DNA of 39,404 bases, from assembly GCA_040357565.1 (NCBI GenBank), contig JBDODJ010000104.1; one strand, 5' to 3'. Under the pieces are notes generated by a model. That model did not search any database. It was not told the origin of the DNA and saw nothing but the letters and a program-made list of their open reading frames with translations. The position numbers and the translations under genes are program-made. This document shows positions 11,601-22,609 of this stretch, piece after piece (the stretch's first letter is position 1; every line of letters starts with the position of its first letter). This DNA is from Cercozoa sp. M6MM (lineage: Eukaryota; Protista; Endomyxa: Ascetosporea).

Positions 11601-13926
11601 ACCGGTCTTGACTAGTTCGAAACGGCGTCCGCGCGGAGGCGTGCAACCAACGAAACGAGTGACCGAATGAGTGTCACCAGTCGAGGAAAACACGCTTGCC
11701 AGCTGGTCTGCGGGTTGCAAGCCGAGTGCACACCACTGCAGGACACGCAAGACAACATCAGTTTCTGTGGCAGTTGCAAAAACGGATCAGCTACCATGAG
11801 CATGGTCTCGGAAGCGAAAGAAAGAAGCGCCGCCCAGGGACGGCGTGCCACGTAGCGTGTGTCGAGTTGCGTGAGCGAGAACCACAGCCCGAGCACCACC
11901 ACGAAGGGCGAGAGTTTCCAGAACAAAGCGGCGGCCTTTACGAAGCCGCGCTGGATCTTTTGCTGCGTTGACTCGCGTTGCTGCTGCAGCGAGAGGTCTC
12001 TCTCCCTAAAGTGACAGGAAGGTAACATAGAACAACTACAACAAAAAGGAAGGGAGTAAGGCTGCATACTGGTCAGCAAGGCGCATGAGCTGCGAGCACT
12101 CGTCCGTGGTAAGAAAGACGATCTCGACCGATGCAATGCTGGGAGTGTCAGCGGCAGTCAGACCCTCCTGCTGATCGGTGGCACCGTGCACACGCGTCAC
12201 CAGTGACGTGCGCGAAGGCAGAACGTGCCGCGACGCCTGCATGAGCTGTTCGAACTCGGCGAGTCGCGGGAAACGGAAGCACACATGGCGGTACGGATCC
12301 TTCTGTCGTCATATGCCAGGAGATAGATTTTGGAGGAAAGGGATTGGATTTGGGCTAGAGTATACAGGAGCAGGACTCTCGTCGAACGCAGACTCATCGC
12401 TCTCGGACAGGCAGCTTCCGGACTTCCGGGACAAAGCGGGTGACATGACATCGACGTCATTGCTATTGTCGCCGAGCACATCGTTAACCACATCGGCCAA
12501 GGTGCCGCTCGGGTCAACGTCGCACACGCGCACCTCCTCCTCGCTGCCTGTGCCGACCAAAGCATCCACGAGCGGCTTGCGCACCTACAGATCAACAGTA
12601 GGTAAGTTATGGAAGGACTCGGATAGAGAGAGCCGAGCGAAGCAGCACTACCGAACGGCCACGACTTGAGGGAGCGCCGAGACGGCCGCCGTAGGACGAC
12701 CGCACCGAGGCCAAGTCATCGTTGCGCAGACCGCGCAATGCATCCACTGGCGTCGCCGAGCGGACGCACATCGAGTGCCGACGCGGCTGCGGTGCCTTGA
12801 GTTGGAAGTGGCCCTGCAAACACACGCTCGTATTCGCACATTGTTTATCCTCACATCCACGAGAGCTACACAGGTACCGCAGTGGCAGGCGACGTGCCAA
12901 TCGAGCCGCGACGGCCGCGACGTGCCGCCATCTCGTGCAGGTGCACCGAGGCTGTGTCACTGTAGGTACTGGCTGCACTGCTGCCCTTGCTGCGCAGGGG
13001 ATCAAGGGTATACAAAGGAGGAGTACAGGAGTGGCAGAGTAACGTACTATTCATGCGTAGATCGCTTGCGCGCCGAGCGCGACAGACGTCGCAGCAGCGC
13101 CACCAAGGCATCAGCAATGTCCTCGTGTTCGACACCAGGCGGCACATGCAGTGCCATGACGCCGGCACACCGCGTGCGCGCAAACAGACGGGCCACACTC
13201 TGATGCCGCTGCATAGACGGCATCTCCATTAACGGCGACGACAGTTCCTGCTCGTCGATCGCGTGCATCTCGGGCACTGACGGTACCAGGACCGTCGGCA
13301 TGCGCGGCCGCATCGATCTCTGCACATAAACCGAAGGGAGGGTAAAGGAGGGGGGGCTAAAAATCAGCACTAGCAACGCACAACAGAACGCGGGCTTGAG
13401 GTCTCGGAGCGTTCATCACGCACGTGCGACGGAAAGTGAAAGTGTAACGAGCGACCCGACTCGTGGGTCAGTGAGCGAGGGGCTGCAAAGGACACGGCAA
13501 CTCATGACAGAAAGGAGAATACCCCCAAAGGGTACAGTATCATCTGATTGATGATCCGACTAACAGATTTTTGTATACGGATGGGAGGAGTCGTTGATGC
13601 CGACACTGGCGAACGGCCACTCCGACGCCGGCTTGGTGTGCCAATCTTCAGCTCGAGTTTCGGCGGCACTACCGCCACAGGCGCACTGTTGATACTGTCA
13701 TCCGACCGAGGAGCTGCACAGAGCAATAGAGCATTCAGAGCAACGCACTTGGAAACTTAAACAAATAAAACGGCCAATCAATGGTATCTTCCTTTTTCTT
13801 GAACCAAAAAAGAAAAAGATAATTTTGGTCCACCATACAATCACATAAAGGCAGATCGAGTGCACTAGGGGTGCTCTGCAAGGTTGGAGTTGACGAAGTG
13901 GATCGAGCCTCTCGGATGAATGGCAT
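8673..13926 (-). CDS. Lipoxygenase with a long N-terminal extension (more than 25 exons)
   Basis: Diagnostic motifs in the expected order: DDRLWAHQFVAGINP, GRIFVADL, LMPVAIQ, WTFAK, DAHVHEFASHLGDTH, AINDLGR, FPERMKRRG, AYLEDG, QHSAVNFAQYD, and C-terminal PSNLALAIDV*. Upstream exons join in frame through GT-AG introns to an ATG at 13926; the start is less certain than the catalytic domain. Confidence 0.9.
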
Positions 13927-14398
13927 GGCCCCGAGATGATGCAACACGCAAAACAGCCGGCCCAGGAGCAGCAAAGAAACCGAGCACGGTTCCGCGCGCG
14001 GTGCAAAACCTCAAAACCGCGAGGCAAACAGCAGTGTTGCGCCCACAGGTGAGCAAACACACAACCCAGAGCAGACTCAAAAGCGTTGCACGTTGCAAGC
14101 GTACAGAAAAAAGCAACACTGGGTGACTGACTGGCTGTGATGGTGAGCCGCGCGACACTGATCTCGAAATTGATCGACCAAAATGATCATCGGGCCACAC
14201 GCGATTGTTCCTTCACTGAAGAAACCGCCCATGATCGGGACTCGAACCGTTTAGCACTGCCAGATCAAAGAGCACGAGCAAAACCGATCAAAAGCAAACC
14301 CGCATCACCCGTGCCGCTCATGTCCAAACCCCGCAGCTGGACCGGCAAAACGGTTTGTGCACAGGGTGGTCGCGCCACCAAAACAAAACGAGCAAATA

Positions 14399-14834
14399 TC
14401 AACACACGCTCTGACTGCCTGTCGCAGCAAAGCGCACAACACAGCACATTTCAAGGAGGGGCTGCCTACCGCGAGGTGACATCGCGCTGGTCGGGAGCGA
14501 CGCGCCCAGAGCAGCTTCTCCGACTCCACTGTCTGCGCAAATCACAATGACTTGTTGATCAGATGCGCGCACATCAGTGCACATGGAGCCAGTGTGTGTG
14601 TGCAGGTATGTGTTTGGATGTGTGCTTCATGTAGTAAGGTGCACCTGTTTGCATCGACTGCTGCCGCGCTAAGGTTGCGGCGGCCCGAACGTAGTGAGCG
14701 CCCTGCATGGCACACAGCAAAGCGTTTTCGTCAGCAAAGAAGATATTATCATCGCCATGTGTGTTGGTCAGTGCAACTGTGCCGTTTTCGGTAGAGGTAT
14801 CAACACACCATGTCGTCGTCGTCGTCGTGGTCAT
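14399..14834 (-). CDS. Possible small hypothetical protein (about 90 aa, 3 exons), or an upstream ORF of the lipoxygenase transcript
   Basis: MTTTTTTTWCVD... can be spliced through two phase-compatible GT-AG introns to ...GSQSVC*. No motif recognised. Confidence 0.3.
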
Positions 14835-15441
14835 CTAGACTGATGCCTGAGACAGGACACACAGACAACCATGATCAGCAGCAAATCGGTCGGGGATATT
14901 ATTCGTGTGTGCTGACTGACCATATGCAGTTGGCGAGGCCTGCAGTGAACGAGAGCGTTTGCGCCGATGGCCTCTCAGTGGCATTGTGCGGCGACGACTT
15001 GACATGTCTTGCAAATAATCTGAAGAAGGAAAATACTCGGAAAGGAATCCTTTCGCCCGCGACTACAACGACGTCTGTGTCACTGCAAAGTTGCGTATTC
15101 GAGTTCGCAAAAGCCCAGCAGAGCCCGCTGTGTCTTGTCAGTGGCGATCATACAGGAAGCGTTTCTTTTGAAACTCGGTCCAAACAAGCCGATCAATTGA
15201 AATTTAAAAATTAAACATCCGGCGCCCGGCACTCCACAGCAAACGCAGAGGTCAGCGGGAACATCTCGCTAGAGTATCGACGCGTGTGTGCCAGAATATT
15301 TTGGACGATTGCGCTTCATAAGTCCTGTGATCCGTCACAGAATTATCTCATCTCGCCCATTCTATTTGCTCGCGCCGTTTTTGTCGTGTTTGAACCCTGG
15401 CGTTGCGTGCTCGTTCGATCTAGTATAAGTCACAACAGTCT

Positions 15442-15988
15442 ATGGTAACACTGACTAAGGCTATTGTGACCCATTGGTGCCGACCGCCATGCGGCTGTTT
15501 TTAGGGCAAGGCGAAGCGCACCAAGAAGTTCGCCTTGGTAAAGCGTCGTCTGGGCGCCAAGGACAACCGCTCGGCGACGGCCGAGGCACTGAAGGAGCGA
15601 GAAGCCAAGGCAGTCAAGAAGGTGCAATCTTTGGTTTTTGAAAAGTGAGTAGTGTTAACCCACTTTGGTGCGAGGAAGCAGAAGACGGCGAGATGGCACG
15701 ACGCCGGCACGCAGCCGTCGCACATGTTCTTTGAGCACAACGAGGCACTGGGCCCGCCATATCGAGTGCTGCTGGACACGAACTTTATCAACTTTGCCGT
15801 CAAGAACAAGATCGATCTGGTACAAGGCATGATGGACTGCATGCTGGCCAAGTGCATCCCGTGCATCACCGACTGCGTTATGGCCGAACTGGAGAAACTC
15901 GGGCAAAAGTACCGCGTCGCTCTGCGCACTGCCAAGGTAGATTTGGTTGTACTTTTCCTGCAGTATACGTGTGGCTATTTGTATGTGT

Positions 15989-16019
<31 letters not shown>

Positions 16020-16307
16020 TGCAGGACCCGCGAGTCAAGCGATTAAAATGCACGCACAAGGGAACTTACGGTAAGATGCGCTGCTTAGAATTTCGCAGAC
16101 TGAGCTGTGACTCATCGTGTTGGCACAGCTGATGACTGTCTCGTGCATCGCGTCAAAGGCAATCGCGTCTTTGTGGTGGCCACGTGCGACAAAGACCTCA
16201 AGCGACGCTTGCGCAAGATCCCTGGCGTGCCCATCATGTACATCTTCCAGCACAAGTTTTCGGTCGAACAGCTGCCCGAGGCCTATGGTGCTCCTCGCAA
16301 CGGCTAG
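15442..16307 (+). CDS. FCF1: rRNA-processing PIN nuclease FCF1/UTP24, 5 exons
   Basis: M|[14 protein letters not shown]...[23 protein letters not shown]...[22 protein letters not shown]...CTHKGTYADDCLV...[23 protein letters not shown]. The first coding exon is the ATG alone (intron 15445-15504). Confidence 0.97.
15989..16017. repeat. (TA)n microsatellite in an FCF1 intron
   Basis: Perfect TA run. Confidence 0.9.
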
Positions 16308-16519
16308 ATTGCACCCGACCGCTACGCCTGCCGTTTCTCGTTATTTGATTGCATAATTAAAAAAAATCCACTGCGGCAGGTTCTCCGGACGTGCTTGCAG
16401 AATGCTCGTTCGGAGAAACGTGATAATGTTTGAACCTGCGACCAAAGGGCTAGTCTGAAGGAAAGTTTCTGTAGCACTGCACACCGGTACAGTGCTTGTG
16501 TTAATAGCAACCTAGCGCA

Positions 16520-18931
16520 ATGCTGTGGTATGACGGGAAGACGCTTCGAACGATAAAGCTGCTGGCGAGGTACTCCGGCGTTCTCGGGGAATGATATTAA
16601 CTTCCAATTGAGATACCGTGGCTGCAACAAACGGTGCAGGGTGCGAGGAACCGTGTGGCCGCTGATAGTGCGTCCGATGGCGTTCTTTTTGCTGCTCAAC
16701 GCACTGTTTACTGCTTTCGTCGTTCTTTCGCGTACTGTAATCTTTACATATCACTACGATCAGTACAAATATGTCTCTGTGTAGCTTCGTCGTGGTTGCT
16801 GACGACGGTGAATGTCGATGCCTTGTCGGGCAAGTTCTGCGAAGTGTTGGGTCTCTTCCTGTTCTTCACACAGTCGTGGTACGTGTCGCTCTGCGCTCAA
16901 CGGTTCTGGGACCTGTACACCAATGCCGCTGCCATCGCCACTGAGGTAAGTTCAGTTAATCCGACGAGAGCTAGCTTCCAGCACCGTGCATCACTGTAGA
17001 TCGTGTTAACATCACGCCTCGTGGCAGCATACATTCGACCTGCACGTAAACTTACCTCAGGCTTGTTACTCACCTTTGAAAGCACCCCGGCCCCAAATTT
17101 CTCCATACACAACAGCGAGCACCTCGATCAGTTCGTCGCGGTCCAACATTGTTCGCGAGCAAAGCGACATGGACAACGTATGCTAGTGCTTTCACCTTCT
17201 ACAAGTCTGCACACGCTAGTATCGCACTGGAATGAAAGCAGAGACGTCTATCGACGGCGTGGACACAGCAAGCCAAGTCTGTCGCGCTCTTTCGTCAAGC
17301 AGCTGGTCTACTAGCAATAACTTTCGCGTATTTACTCCCTTTCGTGTACAGTATTGATTTATTTGATACAGACGAAAGCGGAGCCGGCGAAATAGGCCGA
17401 AGTGCTCGAGGCTCCCTCGATTCACTGCCTACCTACCTGTTCATTCAGGTACTTAACCTTGCTACCTATATGTCTTTGTATACACTTGTCGCAGCACGAG
17501 ATCGTACGATACCTAAACCTCGCATTCGCCATCACGTTCCACGAACTGGCCGGTTCTGCCTCCAAGTAAGCTTCTTGGTTATCAATTAAGTTGCACAGCT
17601 GATACTGGTCCTAAAATAGACTGACGTTTCTGCGACTGGTAGAGAAAGGTCTCTGCTCGCCTGCGGAAGGACACGCGCTGTTCAAGGACACAGACCTGGC
17701 ACGCGAGACCTTCCCGGTTCGCTGGGCCTCCGAACGCTTCCTTCAGGCGCAGCAGCATCACCTGGTGCAGTACATTCTCTTCGCAGTAAAATAATCATGC
17801 GTTGCTATGATATATTGCTGCAGGTGGCAGGAGTCGCAGTGCAACGAACCTTTGAATCGTACACTCCCTCCACCCAGGTTGGTACAGTCAATACCTTTGA
17901 CTGTGGTGGAGTAGACACCTGGGCGAACTGGCAGGTCGACTCGGCACGTTCGGCGACTTCTTGCGCTGTCCTCCGCCCTTTGCCTATTATCACTTGTACG
18001 CTTGCCTTCTTGGCACAAACAAGACTAGTATTGAAAGCACACACAGACTGGTGACACTGTCGTGGTTGTATACGTGTGTTGCTGTTCCGTCCTTCGCCAT
18101 AATATCACCTGTACAAAGCGTGTACCTGTTATGTCTAGGTAGTAAATTGAATGTATACCGGGGTGTGTGCAAAGTACTTGTCGTTCCTGGTGACGTTCGT
18201 GCTGGTGTTTGGTCTGTTCGGACTCAATGCAGTGAGCACGGTGTTGTCAAGTCCGTTCGGCGGCGACGTTTACTCGCTCGATGTGGCCTCGATCCTCAGC
18301 AGTACGTCGGCCAACTCCATGGCACTCATTCGTCCCAAGGTATCATCTGATATCATCTTTCTTTTATAACCCCATCCCCCAACTCAAACACCTGTGTGTG
18401 TGCACTAGCTCTCACTGCAAGCTGTGCTCCTGGGCGAAGATCGCAAACGTTCGCTCAACTCGCTGGTACAGTCTTAACACAGCTTCAGATTGTGCCAGGT
18501 ATCAGAGTAAATGCATGTTTGACTAGGCCAATGATGTGGCACGTGCGTCGTTGCAAGCTGCACCCAGAGGCACCGAGGGACAACACTGGAAGATCTTCGA
18601 GGACACCGATAAGCAAGACACCGAGCACAGCGGACGCGTCGAGAAAGCTCAACTACGCGACACTATGCCCAGTGCTGCGGTATTCTACCCCTCCCTTTAC
18701 TCCCACCATCTACCCCAGTCTCTATAGCCAAACGTGTCGTTGGCACACGACGTGCAAGAACTCGAAAAGGAACATATCGCCTCGCTCTCGGAGGAACCTG
18801 TGTCTGCCACACCTTCCCATCCTGCGACACCTGCACCATCGCCTGTCCGCGCGGAGGAAACACAGCCCCGTCCGCACGAACATGCCGTCAGTATTGAATC
18901 CTCGGGTGAAATGGGACCCGCAGCCCCATAG
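16520..18931 (+). CDS. Bestrophin-family anion channel
   Basis: Spliced motifs LLARVRGTVWP, QRFWD, EIVRYLNLAF, LVEKGLCSPAE, FPVRWA, PPPFAYYHL and VLSSPFGGD follow the order seen in bestrophins. Confidence 0.85.
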
Positions 18932-19249
18932 CGTTCATTTCACTCCGATATTTTACAGTATTATTGTACTGTACGTATCCAAAACCCAACCAGAGCCAGG
19001 CCAGCTCTCAAGAGCCACAACAGTCGGCTCAACTCGCCACTGTCAGCTTGCGACTGGCTAAAAAGCTGTGTGGTGTCTTGTAGTGCCCAGAGAGTACTAC
19101 AGACGTAGTGTTTAACACAGTAAAATCGTGGCAGAAAATTCCAGCAAAGATCAGTGAACAGAACAAAATCTCAAGTCCGTTTTGCTCCTTGTTTCTCCTT
19201 TCCTGCATGGGCTTTGCCCGGAGTGCACACAACTTCTGTGCTTGAGCAG

Positions 19250-19748
<499 letters not shown>

Positions 19749-19985
19749 TGACGCCTCATCGATTCGACCGTGCACTATGCTTGTTCAAGTCCAGCTCAAC
19801 GCAATTGAATTTGCCAGCTTGAATTATGCGGTGACTCCAAGTTTTGAGTTCGGGACGGCACGGCGTTTTCAAAATTCAGTTGTGAGTACTAAATAACACC
19901 GTTCTGCCTCTGCAGACACGGTAGAAACTGATGTGCACCAACGGCAAGTCGAATCGGAATGGAGCGGACGCGACTCGGACGAGAT

Positions 19986-20308
19986 TTACGCGACGCCGTG
20001 GCCGTGCACAAAGAAGGAGTTCACAAGGTCGAGAGCCGTCATGGCGACAAAGTAGATACCGACGCCCTGCGCGAGGAAGTACATCCAGCGGTCGTTGACG
20101 TCGTTGTAGATGTCCATGCCGAGACGGTCAGTGATGGGTCGCCACACGAACTTGTTGAGCGGCTTCTTGCACTTGTCGGCCGAGTCCTTGTCCATCTCGA
20201 GGCCCTCGTGGTACGCCACGTAGTCGTTCTTGTCCGACGGCGGCGAGTGCAGCGGCGGGATCAGCTTGTGCACCTACTCAGCCCCGACAAACAATTTACA
20301 TAGATATT

Positions 20309-20363
<55 letters not shown>

Positions 20364-20631
20364 GGGGGCAAAGCACCTTGTGCCAGAAGCTCGAGTCGTA
20401 GTTCTGCGTCTCGTCCCACTGCTTCCAGGCGTCCTTGTCGACGTTGTACTTCTGGGCGAACTCCTCCGACATCAAGTGCTTGCCGTGGTACGAGTTCTTC
20501 ACCTGCACACCCATTCGCACATTGACCAGCTCAGTCCAAGTATACAAGCACAAACGTACATCACCCGACGGCACAGCCACCGAAAAGCTGCGCACGGTGC
20601 TACGCGACAGACGGGACGCACGAACCAGCAT
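19986..20631 (-). CDS. Small mitochondrion-targeted single-pass membrane protein (about 160 aa; possible respiratory-complex accessory subunit)
   Basis: Arg/Ser-rich, acid-free presequence MLVRASRLSRSTVRSFS; C-terminal TM segment WMYFLAQGVGIYFVAMTAL; strong C/G-ending codon bias; 2 introns. Confidence 0.75.
20313..20357. repeat. (TA)n microsatellite, intronic
   Basis: Perfect TA run. Confidence 0.9.
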
Positions 20632-21064
20632 GCTCTGCGACACTCGGAAAACATCAACACCGCAGGGAAACAACACCGCAGGGAAACAAAGCAAAAGAAA
20701 AGAAAAATGCAGCACAAAAGCCAGGCCAACATATCAAAACGGCACAGCAGATAAAATGTAGGGATATGCACGCTTGAAACCAGCACAAAACACTCATGTC
20801 GGCCATGAAATGTCGCGAGCACACTTTTGCATCGGCTGCTCGCTTGTGTGATTTTCCGCATACACAAGCATCCTACCTAAAGTGGGCGTTCTACAAGACT
20901 AAGAGCACACCAGCGAAACAGGCGGTGCGATTGGACGGCCAGTGAAATCCCTGTGCATCTTGTTAAGGGTGCTGACAATCAGCATTTTAAGGTTGCGTTT
21001 TCTCGCGAGCGCGAGCTGGGCTGCTAGCGTTCTCACGTGCGTGTGTTGAGTGTAAGCCACCGCC

Positions 21065-21929
21065 ATGGGCCAAAAGTACTTTAAGTGGAAGGCCGTGCAC
21101 CTCAAGTACTCGCCGCCGTACGCAGACTCGCGCAAGTCGCGCGTCGTTCCGTTCCGGCGGCTGCCGCTCGGTTTCCAAGGCCCCAGGGTGCGTTGTTCAA
21201 TCTGGTTGATATTGATCGCAAGCACATCGAATAAAATTGAAATTTATGTGGTTTGTTTGTGTTTGTTTGTACAGATCACATGGAAGATGCAGCACCAGGT
21301 GAGTACTCTTTACCATGTATACCAATTGTTGAGTTTGGCGTTTGAGCACTGGTGTGTTGCGCAGGCCAAGGAGATTGTGAGACAGTACTACGCCATCAAG
21401 ACGAACGATCAGTTGAAGAAGATCGCCGCCAAGGCGCTCAAGAAGCGAAACGCCCGCATGCGCACGTTCAACTTCATCGATCTGCTTGAGCGACGTCTCA
21501 TGACGATGTACACTCGTGCTTTTTCACTTGATCAATCCAGTTAATTTTCGCATTGCAGGGTCTACAAGTTCGGTGCTGCCGACTCAATGTGGGCCGCGCG
21601 GAAGGTCGTGGTTCACGGTCACGTGCGTGTCAACGGCGAAGTCGTGCGTGCGAGCAGTCACATCGTGCAGCCCGGCGATGTCGTGCGTATCGACCCGCGT
21701 CTCCCGCTTCGGTAAGCTTGAGCTCTTTGTTTGTGAGTTTACTTTGCTTGCTGTGCTTTTGTGCTTGACTGAAGCTTGTGTGTTTATGCCGTTTTGGATT
21801 TTGGGCAGAGAGAAGTTCGCCAGACGAATCTTCACCAACGTGCAAGAGTACCTGATGGCCAACAAGTACTACGTGAGACCGCACCCGTCGCCGCCCATCG
21901 TGCCAAACTACGTGGTAGCTTTAACACAC

Positions 21930-21992
<63 letters not shown>

Positions 21993-22255
21993 CAACACGC
22001 ACAGATAGATAGCTTGCGATTGATTGGTTTTTGTGCGTGCGTGTGCGCAGCTTTGGACGATGCGATACAACGCACCGGTGCGCAGCGAACTCGACGTCGA
22101 CTTTGGCGCACACTTCAACGCTAACCGTATCCTTTCTGCCTGCTTTGTTTAATTCGTAAGCACACGTTTTTTCTCGTTTGGTAGGACACTTCCTGCAAGT
22201 GCTCGAGATGGCCATGCAGTACTACCGCTACCGCACAAAGACGCGCTCGCTGTAA
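21065..22255 (+). CDS. rps4: Bacterial/mitochondrial-type ribosomal protein uS4, nucleus-encoded, 7 exons
   Basis: AKEIVRQYYAI...QLKK...NFIDLLERRLMTMVYKFGAADSMWAARKVVVHGHVRVNGEVVRASSHIVQPGDVV...IVPNYV matches the uS4/S4-domain pattern (LExRL...AR...HGH..VNG......S..V.PGD). The gene has six spliceosomal introns. Confidence 0.88.
21924..21993. repeat. (CA)n microsatellite in an rps4 intron
   Basis: Long CA run with rare CG interruptions. Confidence 0.95.
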
Positions 22256-22609
22256 GCTTGATCACTCGAGTCGCGACGTTCGGGTTGTCTGACCGACCTC
22301 GTCACCCGGCCATCTTCCCGTCCAGCCTGGCAGTCGTGACGCGTGCTTTAAGATTCTATTTACGGAAGTTCGAGTGTCACGTTAGTTACCTGCTAGTTCA
22401 TAACCCTTTGATCTTGAGTTTCCCGCACTTACCCCCGACGAGGCTACTGCAACTCATTAAACATGGGGGATTAATTGATGAGCTGCTAAAATCAAATTTA
22501 ATCTCAAGGTTAATTAATGAGTCGATTTCGTCGGGGTATGTATGCGCCAGACTAGAACAGCGTCACCACGTGCCAAACGAAATCGCGCTGGACGCCTTGG
22601 CTGCAGGTG

